This document shows positions 25,934 through 38,420 of a stretch of DNA of 64,000 bases, one piece after another. The stretch is from Cenococcum geophilum. Taxonomy: Eukaryota. The position numbers were made by a program, and so were the translations under genes. The stretch's first letter is position 1. The number at the start of each line of letters is the position of its first letter. Under the pieces are notes generated by a model. That model searched no databases. It saw only the letters and a list, made by a program, of their open reading frames with translations, and was not told where the DNA came from. The DNA is taken from NCBI GenBank assembly GCA_050273025.1, contig CP158636.1, positions 248,001 through 312,000 of the forward strand, written 5' to 3'.

Positions 25934-28900
25934 TGTAACGGAACCTTGTAGTAGGAACTACGATAGGTTCTGTCAATAGGCTAGGTGTATAGGAAATGCA
26001 AAGATAGTAGTTAACAACGTAATAATAACTAGTAGAGTGGTTGCCTAATAGATTAACTCTAATTATATTCTAAGAATTACTATAAGGAAGGAACTATCTA
26101 AGTAGGGACTAAGGGTCCTTAAATACACAACCGTACTTCTATAAAATCCTTCTTATACATAATATACGTCTTGTTTATATTAAACGTGACATTCCTTATA
26201 TTTAATACAGATAATACGTCTAACTATTATATAACTTGCTTACTATTCTTTATTATATAGTTCTATAGGTTCTATTCTAATCCGTACCTATATTAACTAA
26301 CTAGCTTCTTCTAACTCTTCTTTAAGTAGTTATATTATTATACTTAAAGCGTTTATAACACTATCTCCTTCCTCTTTATCTTCGTCCTTAAAGATACCTA
26401 GTATTTCTAGGTTGTTTACTAGAGGTATAATATTCGTCTAATTAATTTAGTTAATATTATTGCTTATTATACCTAAAGCAATTTCTTCTCTCTCCTGGGT
26501 TAAGCGTCGTCTTTATACTATCTCTTTAATACTATTACTGGGTAAAGTAATAGCGATTCCTTGCTCTTATTATGCGAAAGAGGGGTTAAGTTATATTATA
26601 ATTGCGGGTCCTTTTAGTCGCTAACCTTCCTTTTATTTTAAATGCACTTACGCCAATATATATTTGTTATGTGACGTTTATTCTATATCCAATATTAAGT
26701 ATATATATCTTATAGCTCTTAATAGTTTTTAAGTTCCTTAAGTAATTTATTATAAGGTTTTGTATTTAATCTACCGCTGTAAAGCTTAATAGTAAGCTAG
26801 CCTCTGCGCTGCTTAAGGTTTAGCGTGCCTTAAAAGAGTTTATATATATTTTTAAAGTTTAGCGTCTAGCTTACGCTTATCTTTAGCGTTTAGAATATAT
26901 CTGTAAAAAAGTTCGTTTAAAAAAGCGAAAGCTTATTTAATAAGGTCTTTAGGAACTAGGTAATAAGAGAACTGACTTTCTTTCTATAGTAAGGGGAATA
27001 ACTCTAAGTAGTTTAGTAGTCGCTCTTCCTAAGTCCCCCTTAGGTGACTTATTCTTTAACAATCCTTCTTTATTAATATTGCCTAACCTATTTTCTTCTA
27101 ATACTCCTATACCTTTTCTATAGCATTCTTTAAATTCTCTAGTGGCTTCTAGGTAGTTTTAGTATAGCCTATCTACTTAACCTTATACTATATTTTATTG
27201 TTAATGTCCTTATAACTAACAATCTTTAAAACTTACTATTTATCTTTTTTCTAACCTTTATACGTGTCTGCTTTGTAAACTAGTGGCTTAATATTCCTAT
27301 ATACTGGCTCTAGCATCGCGATATACTATATAGGGTAGATCTTTATTTTAGCTGGTAGGTTTAACTTAAATATAACCGGTAAAATTCTTTATATAATTTT
27401 AAAAGGTCCTAGTCTAACATAGTTTAACTTCTTACTTAGTTGTCGACTTTTAAAATTTTTGTGTAGTAGCTATACTTTATCTTCCTCCTTAAGATCTAGT
27501 CCCTTAGATCTCTTAGCATTATAGTACTTTTTTATTCTTTGCTGTTCTGCCTTAGCTATTTCTATAAGGTTTACATAAAGATTTATTAAAGTCTCCATTC
27601 TTTACTTAGCTTTACTACTTATTTTCTTTACTTAACGTGGCGATAATAATATTCTTAGCTTATATCTATAATTCGCCTTAAATAGTAATATACCTATTCT
27701 TTCTTATAGTGTTATATTGTATATAAACTATATAACTAGTAATAGCGATACCTAATTATTCTGTACGTGATTAATATAATGCCTTAGATACTACTCTAGT
27801 ATCTAGTTTAATCTTTCCATTTAACTATCTGTCTGCGGATAATATATAGTAAAAGTTGCTGCTTAAACTCCTTATTTCGCTAAAAATACCTCCTAAAATG
27901 CTGCTATAAATCTTAGATCTCTATCTAATATAATTTTACTTAGTACTCTATATCTTATAAACACTTCTTTAATATAGATTCTAGTAATATCTTCCGCTAA
28001 GATTTCTTCCGTATAGGCTATAAAGTATCCCTACTTTATAAGCTTATCTACTATTACTAAGATCGCGTTATAATCTCGTCCAGTAATAGGATCCCTTAAC
28101 TTTAGTAACTTAATAATAAAGTCCTATAATATAACCTCCTATAGTCTCTCTGGTGTTTTAATAGGTTGTAGCCCTCTATATAGCTTATGCCTTATTAGTT
28201 TATTCCTTTAGTAATCTAAATACTCTTTAGTAACTCTCCTAGCTATCCTTTAGATTCCGTTAATAATATACTTCTTTTAGAGTCTTAACACTAAGCCCGT
28301 AGCTTTATTGTGTCCTTAAGTTAGTCCTTTATAAAAGTCCTCTATAAACTGCTCTGCTATACTTCTTAGGATATACTTTACTTCTTAATTTTCGTATATA
28401 TCTAACTATAGATCTTCTAACTATGCTTCTAGAATTCTTTATACCTAAAAGCTTTTTAGTATCTTATAGACCTTTTCTAACTTATCCTCTTAAGTTGCTA
28501 TAATTTTTAGATAATTATACCTAATTAGTTTATTTATGTCTTTTTGCAGTAAAGCCCCTAATGGCTTATTATTATTTTATAGTTTAGCCTTTTAACTTAA
28601 TATATTAGCTTGTGTATTATCTATACCCCTAATATACTAAATCTTAAAATAGTATTCTATAAGCATCTCTGCCTATTTAACCTATCTTTAGTTAAGTTCC
28701 TTTATTATTAGGAATTCTGTTAGGTTTTTATAATCCGTTTTAACTATAAATAGTTTTTCTATACCTTATAAAAATGCTTTTTATTTCTTTAATGCTATAA
28801 CTATACCTAATAACTCCTTATTATAGATGTTATAGTTTAACTCTAGTAGTATTATCTTCCGACTATAATATGCCACTAGATACTATCTATCTAGATATCT

Positions 28901-31900
28901 ATATATAAAATATACTCTTAGTATAAAGTCTAATGTATCTATTTCTACAACCATCTCTAGTCCTAGTTAATAGATCTTAAGAACTAGCTCCTAGGTAAAT
29001 AACTTTTTGGTTTTCTTAAAGAGTTCTTACTATTCCTCTCCCTATGCCTATAGTTCTTCTTTCTTTATTAATTGTATAAATAGTTTAATATCCTTTAACT
29101 ATTACGCTATAAACCTTCTGCAGTAATTATAAAACCCTAGGAATAATCTTAACTACGTAATATTCTCTAGTTCTTACCAATTTACTATAGCCTTAATCTT
29201 TTTTTAGATCTATACTAAGTTGGCTTAGTTTAATAATAAATCTAATAAAATTGGTTTTCCTAGTAAAGAACTCGCATTTCTTAATTGCTACTAGCATTTA
29301 TTCTTCCTATAGTCTCTTTAAGACCCATTTAACGTATTCTCTATACTCTTCCTTATTTATTAAGTAGATAATAATATTATTAAGGTATACTATAATAAAT
29401 TTATCTAAATATTCTCCTAATATATTATTAATATGCTTTTAGAACGTTACTAGTATATTTATAAGCCCGAATTATATAACTAATAGTTTATATAGTCCTT
29501 CCTTTAACCTAAAGGCTGCCTTTTATTTATTACCTTCCTTAATCCTAATCTAATAGTACGCCTATCTTAGATCTATCTTCGTAAAGATTTATACATTACC
29601 TATCCTATCTTAGATTTCGCTAATTAAGGGTAAAGGATACCTATTCTTTCTAGTAATGCTATTTAACTATCTATAGTTAATATATAGCCTTAGTTTACCA
29701 TTTTTTTTTAGTATAAACAGTACTAGATAACCCGCTAATAACTGCAATGGTCTAATATATCCCTTTTATAAGTTTTCTTAGATAAACTCTTTTAATGCTC
29801 TACCTTCTTCTTTAGTAAGCTTATAGATTAAAAAGAACCTTAAACTTATTTCTAGTTTTAATTCTATTTTATAATCCTATACTATATACTCTAATAGCTT
29901 TTCACTTTTAGGTGACTATAGTTTCTTACCATACTTATAGTATCTTTTTAGTATATAGCTTAGCCCTTTTTCCGTTTCTTCGTAGGTTGCTCCTACTTAG
30001 TACTATACTAACTTAGCTTATTGTTATATCCTACGGCGTTAAGTATTCCTAATATTAACCTAACCTATAATCTAATTGATCTTTAGATTATATTCCTATA
30101 ACTAAGGCATTCCTAATACTACCTTATTATTCCCTAATAGTAATATATTAAAAGATATCTTAACTTATTTTCCTTTAATAGTTAGCTAAATAGGTCCTAT
30201 TTTAAGATTAATAATGCCTCCTCTATAGGCTATCGGATCTCCTAAAATTATTACTAATAGGTAAGGATGTTCCTTTTACCTATGTAGTAACCCTATTCTT
30301 TTAACTATTACTAGCAAAATATGGTTCCTTATTGCTCTACTATCTACTAATACTTTAAACTATTAATCTTACCATTTAACTTATAAATTTAGGTATTGTC
30401 CTTAAATTCCTTTAAGGGTTTAAGGCTCTACTACTAGCTCCCTTTAGTTTTATAGGCCTCTACTTTTCCTAACTACTAGCTGCTAGATTCTGTTTATACT
30501 TAGTCTAACTTAGGCTAATACTTAGTTCGTTTTTTGTCTTTAATATACTATAGATAGGTATTCTCCGGATATTCCTACTATTATCGTCCTTTTAGGCATT
30601 TTTCCGTAAGGAATTTCCCTAGTTAAAGTGTTAAGTCCCCTTATTCTTAAACTTCTACTAGGTGCTAACTATATATATACTTAGCATTTTAATACTTTAC
30701 CTCGTCCGTTATTTAATATATTCTTATTAGATACTTCTAATTTTTATTCTTTAGTACTCTATATATATTACACGCATTATCCACGCATATTATCTACAAT
30801 AGTGTATAATATGCTTAATATCTTAGGTTAACTCTTAGTTTATCTTTATCCTAGAGTTTAAACCTTTCTTATATTAATTTAAGCGTTATAACTTTATTCG
30901 CCTTTTACTTCTCTAGTCCTCTAATTACTCCTTTAGATCCTTTAATATTATAATTAAGGCTCCCTTAATATAAGTTATAGCCTTCTCTGTAATTGGGTAG
31001 TCTTAGATAACTTTTTCGTCTAATTATATATAGAAATCCTCCCACTTATTGTTATGTTATTGCCTATACTACTTTTAATATAGCTGCTTAAGTGTATATA
31101 GCTCGTCCGTAAGGAAATATCTCTTTATTGCTATATTATAATAGCCTTTAGTATATTATTCCTTAAACCTAGTAGGAATCCCTAAATCCTTTTCTTATTC
31201 TAGTTTAGTAAGCCACTTAGCTCTTAGTATGCCTATTCTAGGCCTATTAGTAATCCTTTATACTAGCGCTCTATCCTTTATACGTCCTAATATACTAGAT
31301 CTCTTATCTAGTTTTTATTCTTGCTATAAGGTAATTCTTGCCCTAAATTCCTCTATAGTTTCCTTTACGTTGCGTCTTATAAGTAGATCTTTAAAGTCTT
31401 CTTACTTCCTAATCTTAGTATTAACTTTTTAATCCTTAGGCTAAATACTATATTCCCCTAGTAAGTCTTCTAGGTTTATATATCTATCTCCTAGTCTAAT
31501 TACTATTTACGCTCTAGATTCTCTAATCTATAAAGAAGCTCTTTACCTCTTACTTATAGGTGTCCTAATTCACGCTCTAAATTCTTAACCCCTTAGATTC
31601 TTTAATCCTAAGCTTGCTTCTAACTTAAGCTTAGCTCTAGCCTTAGTCTAACTAGGCTTTACTAGTGTCCTTATCTCGTCTTAAGAGTTCTAGATCTTAC
31701 TTATCTTGTCTTAAAAGTCTTATGCCGTTAGGAATTCTTATCCTAAGCTTATTTATATATTTTTAAACTAAGCTACTGCTCTACTCTATCGGTTTCTATC
31801 TGTTATAGGTCTTTAAGCTTACCTTATCTCATTTTAAGAATCTTAGTCGTCTCTTATCTTATTATAAGAATCTTAAGCCTTTAGCCTTTTGCCTTTATTA

Positions 31901-33955
31901 AGTGGTAAGCTAGCACTAACAGTTGTCTACTTACTTAATCGTCCCTAGATATTACTCCTTCCATCTTATAAAGCAATGGACGCCGTATCTAATGGTATTA
32001 TAATACCCGTTACTAAACCTTGCTCTATAGCGGTCTTAGTCTCTACTTCTATTGCGTTATTAAGGTTTAGATACCCCTAGTTAGTTCCTTTACTATTTTT
32101 ATTGCTATTAATTAATAAGTACTCTAACTCCATTATTATTACTACTAATTATTATCCGTATATTACTATAACATCTTAATCTAGCTTATAGAGTCGATCT
32201 TATTCTTTATTTAACTCTTTAGTTCCTCTAAGTCCTTTTAACTTTGGCTCTTATAGCCAATAGCTTATACTATACTTAGCGTCTTTATAAATTTAGCATA
32301 TATTATTATAACAAAACGTAAAACTTTTAATTAAACACTCTTTTGTTTCTTATAGTATACTATTATCCCTCTATATATATGTGTTATATACTATTAGTCT
32401 AGTTCCTTTTATTATATAGTAACTTTAACTATCTTTACAATCCCTTATAAAGTGACCCTATTTTCTATAATTTATATAAGCTCTATCTCTAAACCATTAA
32501 CTTTATTATAGAGTCCGCCTAAATATCTTCTACTATTAAGATCCCTGGTTTAGCCTCTACTCCTTAGTCCTATAATTACTAAATCCTTAACCTCTAGGTT
32601 TCTATAGTTTCTTACTTTATCTCTTATAGGCTTTTTTAGTACCACTTAGGTCTATTAGCTTTACGCCATACTATAGTTTCTAACTTAGCTTTAGTTATTG
32701 CGTACTCTATATTTTATATAACTATAAAACTCTATCCTAGCCTTTTTTAGCTTATTCCCTTTAGAAGATCCTATTATTAATCTTAATTACTTAATCTATT
32801 AATTCCCTTAAGGTGTCCACATCTTCCATTAAAATAATTACATCCTAGACTTTAGCCTTAAGTCCTTGTTTATACTATGCTATAAGCGCCTTATTATTCT
32901 ATTTAACCTATATTATAAGTATTTAAAACTATATCGTGTACTTAATTACTAAAGTTCGCTATATTAGGTTCTAAAGCTTTCTCTTTACTATAGTTATTGC
33001 TTCTAGGTCCTTAAATATCTATATTAGTCGTTCCATAAATCCTACCTAGCTAGAAAATACAAATTATACTTCTTAATTAGCAGTAGTTATTCCGTTAGTC
33101 TGTATTTCTATTAAGTAGGGTTTAAACTATTTAAGTGCCCAACCCATTAGGAATAGTCCTACGTAGGCTATCTAGTCTATTATCGTGGCTAACTTAGCCC
33201 CTTCTTGCATAACTTTAAAATGCATTTATATTAGAAATCCTTTAAGCTTTAATCTCTCCTCTAAGAATTATTTAATTAATAGTAACTTAACCTTTACTAC
33301 TCCGATTCTATTAAGTCTATTCTTAAATACTATATTATTTTCTATTAATCAATCTACTATTTCTTGTAATTATTCTACTATTACAGGTTATTGCGAGTCA
33401 GTGTCTACTATATTAGTGTCACCCCCTAACCTTAAAGTAGTTGCCGCCGTTAATAGCGTTATAGTGGCTGCTTTTGGTGGTATATTATTCGACTTTCTAT
33501 ATTTAATACTGTAACTAGGTAGTGATTGTATAATGGAACCTTATAGTAGGAACTACAATAGGTTCTATTAATGGGCTAGGTATATAGGAAATATAAAGAT
33601 AGTAGTTAACAACGTAATAATAACTGGTGGAGTGGTTGCCTAATAGATTAACTCTAATTATATTCTAAGAATTACTATAAGGAAGGAACTATCTAGGTAG
33701 GGACTAAGGGTCCTTAAATACACGACCGTACTTTTATAAAATCCTTCTTATACGTAATATACGTCTTATTTATATTAAACGTGACGTTCCTTATATTTAA
33801 TGCAGACAACACGTCTAACTATTATATAACTCGCTTACTATTCTTCGTTATATAGTTCCACGGGTTCCATCCTAGTCCGTACCTGTATTAACTAACTAGC
33901 TTCTTTCGACTCTTCTTTAAGTAGTTATATTATCGTACTTAAAGCGTCCGTAATA
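25934..33955 (-). mobile_element. Gypsy-2: Ty3/Gypsy chromovirus, full length, RIP-inactivated
   Basis: 427-bp LTRs at 25934-26360 and 33529-33955; 5-bp TSD gtagc/gtggc (single GTGGC in Crypton copy 1); PPT next to the left LTR. gag-pol homologous to Gypsy-3: RT YLDD ~29380, chromodomain ~27240-27120. Confidence 0.95.
26500..27000 (+). pseudogene. Antisense accessory ORF of Gypsy-2 with six-cysteine (Zn-cluster-like) motif and coiled-coil-like tail
   Basis: Reads GKVIAIPCSYYAKEGLSYII...PSFYFKCTYANIYLLCDV; TAT codons fall at the expected TGT (Cys) positions. A homologue is present in Gypsy-3. Confidence 0.6.
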
Positions 33956-34261
33956 GTGGCCCCTACTTTTTAGACGCGTTTTTAAGGCCTAGGTTAGTAC
34001 TAGGTTAGTATAAAGGTCCTTAGCACGCGCCCTCGACCTTATTATCGCCTTAATAATCCTATTTTCCAACCCTCTCTTATCCTTATGCCCGCGCTAGCTT
34101 CTAGCTCACGTAGGGCTTCTGATTTTATATAGAAAGGCCTACTATAATTCTAATTCTATAATATAGAGCCCTCTTCTCCCTTCTCCTTTAATATTTACGC
34201 GTTTGGTAGCTCTATTTACCCATACCACGCTTACGCGTTTTCCCCCTAACCTCTTATAGAT

Positions 34262-36795
34262 ATGGAGTTTTTTAAGAATCTTCTTACCCTATAGTCCACT
34301 TTACGGTCAAAGGAAGCCCCCCTAGCCTCCCCCCCTATAGCCTTTAAAGCGAATTTAAGGCCTAAACGGCGCGGCTATAGAATATTTATAAGGCCTAGCG
34401 CTTAAAGAATACTATAAGGGCGTATAAGCCAAAGCAGAAAGAGTAAAAAGACTAGTATACGAAACTGGAAAGCGATATAGACGGCGCCTAGATAATAGAA
34501 GATAAGCTTTACCTATTTCTAGAGTAGTAAGTTATTAACTAAAAATTACGGGCCGCTAGCTATTAAAAACAGAAGTTAAAACGGAAAGAGATATAGAAAG
34601 ATAGTAAGCGAGCGAAGAAGAGGTAAAAGACGGCGGAAGGGTAGCTAGGGGGGAAGGCAGCTATAGGGGCAGCCGTAGCTGTAGAGGAAGCTATAAAGGA
34701 TAAGGAAGAGATATGGGATAAGGAGGCCCTAGACGCCCTATTTAACAAAACAGTCTAATACTTAGTTATAAATAGCTATATCTCCGCTATTACTAAGCTT
34801 TATATATAGTAATTGGAAGGTAAAGCCTTACAGCCGCTATAAGGGGTAAAGCTCTTGGCGATACTAGATAGTGTCTACCGCGATAAGGACCAGATTTAAC
34901 GCGTTAACTTTATTAACTGAGGCCTATTTATAATTACTAGCGGCTACGACGTTAAAGGGCTTAAAAGGGCGATTACTTGGTGCTAGGAGACGGGCTCTAA
35001 GATACTAGGTTTAGTTAAGTTTTACCTTTAAACTGCGGCTAAGCATTTATTAGGTTTGTATATTGCTACTACTATATACCCTATTCGGTCCGTATAGCTA
35101 CCATTTTCTAACCCGTTCCTTAGGCTATACTACTATTACCTAGGGCAAGAGTAAATGGGATGTTTAGCTTACTAATCTTATCCTTATTAAACTAGAGAAT
35201 AAAGGGCCTAAGCTAGACGAGCTAGCGCCGTATATAATTATATTAATAATATAGGGGAAGTAGAACTAGCATGGTAAGGTTAAGTATATAGGCTATATGC
35301 GGAATGCTGACCCTATCCTCTACCCTCTCTCTATAATAGCCTTTTACTTCTTTAACCGCTAGGGTAAGGATAGTACTAAGAGCTTCCCATCCTTTCGGTA
35401 GCTAGAGAACTACTATAACCTATATGTCTTCCCTAGCAGTGTTAAAGTACTATAACGGCCGTTAAGCTATTATACGTAGTTTGAATAAAATAAGAAGATA
35501 TTCTAAGGAGTAGGAATTTACTTAAAAGAGAAAACCTATAGCGCCTATAAGCAGAGCGTCCGGTATACTAAGCTTAGCGGCGTTAAGGAGACCTAAATTA
35601 AATAGGCCGGACGCTGGAATATAGACGCGATAATAGAAGCCTACCTTAGCTACCTACCCTGTGCGTTTATATAGTTAATTACTAGCTTCCTAAAGAAAGA
35701 AAAGGGCTACTTTCTCCCCTACGCACGGGAGGTGCCAGAGGAGGCCCTTTATTTAAAGATATGGCCTAAGACTAATATTTAGCTAAAATATATGGAGACC
35801 TATTACCTAAATAGGGCCAATAATAAGGTTATATAGCTTAACCTTATAGGCTTAGGATTTCTACGCCTCCTTTACGCGCTTAAGGTAATCCTATTATAGG
35901 ACTTAGTAATCTTATATAAGCAGTTTCCGCTCTACCCCCTATAGAAGGACTCCCTCTTTAGCTATAAGGAGTACTAGAGGTTTGCTACGTAGGTAGAAAG
36001 CTTACTAGCTAATATAGTTACGCTAAATAAGCTAATAATGTGGAAATACTAGCCCGCCTATAAGGCTGTAGCTAAGCTAAGATATAAGGCCGCAATCTTA
36101 GAGATTAAAGGTGTTTAATTACACGTATATATGATTTTAGAACGCCTTAGTAAAATAAAAAGGTTATTAGTGTTATTTGTACCTATACCTATATAGATCT
36201 AGTAAGGAAAGATAGGTATCTAGATTAGGCCTATAGAGTCCATATATCCACCTTTAGGCGGGCCTACGCCGTCTACTATAACATCTACTATATCCGCGCT
36301 ACCTACTTAGCTATCTATAATATCCACACCGCCTACTTAGCTATCTACTATATCCGCACCCCCCACTTAGCTAATATCCGTACCCCCTACTTAGCTATCT
36401 ACTATATCCGCACTACCCCTACTAGCGTAGGCGTAAGCAAATACTTAACTACCTCTCCTATTTATCCTTAACCTATAGGCGCCGCTAAGGAAATATAAGA
36501 TACTTTAGGGCGGTAATTTAGTATTTTAGCTTTAGGTTAAGTGGACTTTAGGGCTAGTGGGTAGGCCGTTAATTAAAGCTCTTAATTGCTACTAGGGGGC
36601 GCGCTAGCGGGTTAACGGCGAGGCTATATTCTATAGCCGTTGCCGTAGGATAATTAAGGATATAAGACGGCGCGTAGAAAACGGTATGGCAAGAGATAAG
36701 AGATAGGCTATTAACCAGCTAGAACAGCTATAAGGCCGGCATTCTTTAGATTGGCTTTATAAGAATATTTAGGGTAAGGGAGGCTCCCTTTTAAG
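34262..36795 (+). pseudogene. Crypton tyrosine recombinase (Ndc10_II-like) with C-terminal GCR1_C-like domain, RIP-disrupted
   Basis: YSVVNSYISAITELY (~34760-34805), KTHSARKQS..AEL.GV.E.QI..AGRW...AM..AYL..LP..F (~35530-35670), and W..GL...WGARWR region (~36530-36660). Confidence 0.88.
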
Positions 36796-36814
36796 TAGTA
36801 GATAATACCTATTT

Positions 36815-37090
36815 TACTATAGTAACTAAGACGCCTTAATATAGGACTATACTAGTAATTAAGACGTCTTAATATAGGACTGCACTGCAGTAACTAAGAC
36901 GCCCTAATATATGACTGTACTATAGTGACTAAGACGCCTTAATGCAGAACTGCACTATAGTAACTAAAATGCCTTAATATATAACTGTACTGTATTAACC
37001 GAGACGCCTTAATATAGGACTATACTATAGTAACCGAGACGTCTTAATATAGGACTGCACTATAGTAACTAAGACGCCTTAATGTAGGAA
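36815..37090. repeat. 35-bp tandem repeat, about 8 copies, in the Crypton 3' subterminal region
   Basis: Unit about CACTGCAGTAACTAAGACGCCTTAATGTAGGACTG; GACG core at 36830, 36863, 36898, 36933, 37003, 37038 and 37073. Confidence 0.92.
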
Positions 37091-37310
37091 TAGAGCCCAT
37101 TTAGGTGTTGTAAATTCAGAGCAACATTACGCGACCGTCTAGAAGTACCGATCTAACACAAATTATATACCTTTTCGCCCAAAATCGCGTGCGAAAGTAC
37201 TTGGGGGCGGTTGCTGCGCGACCTTGTGTGGGGTTCGGGCGCGTTATTAGTAGGGGTAGCCCTAACCTCGTATTAACCTGGGTCGTAACCGCGCCAAATC
37301 AGCCCCCCCG

Positions 37311-38000
37311 ATATGTGATAGATATCTATAGTAAGGGAAATATTTATTTTTATAGATTAAAGTACTTTTTATACAATATCTTAACTCTTAGTAAAGTGTT
37401 TAAGAATCTAGGCTATAATCGTTAAGTGGTATATAGGGATAATTAAGGGTGCTTTTTGATTTAATGCTTTTATAAAAGTATAAAACTCTAGCCGTTCTAT
37501 ATATAAGAAGGGAAGCTATTATACAATAATTAGATCTAGAAGTGCTTGCTTTATAGTATTTTAATATACTATACGCTTTAAAATCTTTTAATATAGTTCT
37601 AAAAGTGATCTCTCCCCCTAATCTTTTACTATTGTACGCTCTTAGTTCTCTACTAGATTCCATTTAATATTATATATTTTAAGATGGCCTTATAATCTAA
37701 CGGTTAAGAAATAGTGTCCTTTTAGATCTTAAGGAGGATAGTATTTATAAAAGTAGCGTTTCTTTATATAAGCCTTTTCTTCCTTTATTACCATATAAGT
37801 ATGTTTATAAATTAAGGAGACTTATCTTAAGATCTATGTTATATAAGTAGTTAGGATTAAACCAGTATTAGCTTTAGTCTTAACGCTGCTTAAAAGGGTA
37901 GAAAGTATATTAACTTTAAAGGAATTATTATCGTTAAAGTTTTTAAAGTGAATTTTACTAGTACTAACTATATTTATAGCGTCGTATAATAGGGGGTAAA
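37311..38000 (-). pseudogene. hAT transposase, N-terminal part
   Basis: LPFLYIERLEFYTFIKALN (LPFS.VE.PEF..F..ALN motif) at ~37515-37460; ISIT(C) adjoining the Crypton junction. Start is approximate. Confidence 0.75.
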
Positions 38001-38185
38001 GGTAGTTAAAATTTTGCGGATATTTAGATGTTATTTAGATATTATCCAATATCTAGTCTATCCTTAGATAGGATTATTATCCGCCTAACTAGATAGGATA
38101 ATCTATCCTCTATAGGTCTGCGATATAATTATATTATTAGGTACACGGTCTTTACTTTATATTTATATAAAGGCTTAGTAAAATT

Positions 38186-38420
38186 TTCAATATTTAATAT
38201 AATATCAATATTAAATGCGTATTTAATATAATATCAATATTAAATGCGTATTTAATATAATATCAATATTAAATGCGTATTTAATATAATATCAATATTA
38301 AATGCGTATTTAATATAATATCAATATTAAATGCGTATTTAATATAATATCAATATTAAATGCGTATTTAATATAATATTAATATTAAATGCGTATTTAA
38401 TATTAATATCAATACGACCT
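38186..38420. repeat. 29-bp tandem repeat, 7 copies, hAT subterminal array
   Basis: Unit AATATAATATCAATATTAAATGCGTATTT; GCGT at 38217, 38246, 38275, 38304, 38333, 38362 and 38391. Related TCAATATTGA motifs occur at the other end (9405-9500). Confidence 0.95.

Larger units (their letters stand above)
25835..37310 (+). mobile_element. Crypton copy 2, apparently complete (~3.45 kb net), interrupted by Gypsy-2
   Basis: Same left end as 8460 (GAGGTCTGGGTTAGGCTTGGCATAACC). Contains a tyrosine recombinase plus GCR1_C gene. Removing it restores the hAT reading frame with no TSD. Confidence 0.88.

Noticed and set aside
36815..38420. CRISPR-like arrays
   Set aside because: Head-to-tail tandem repeats without unique spacers, in eukaryotic transposons, with no cas genes.
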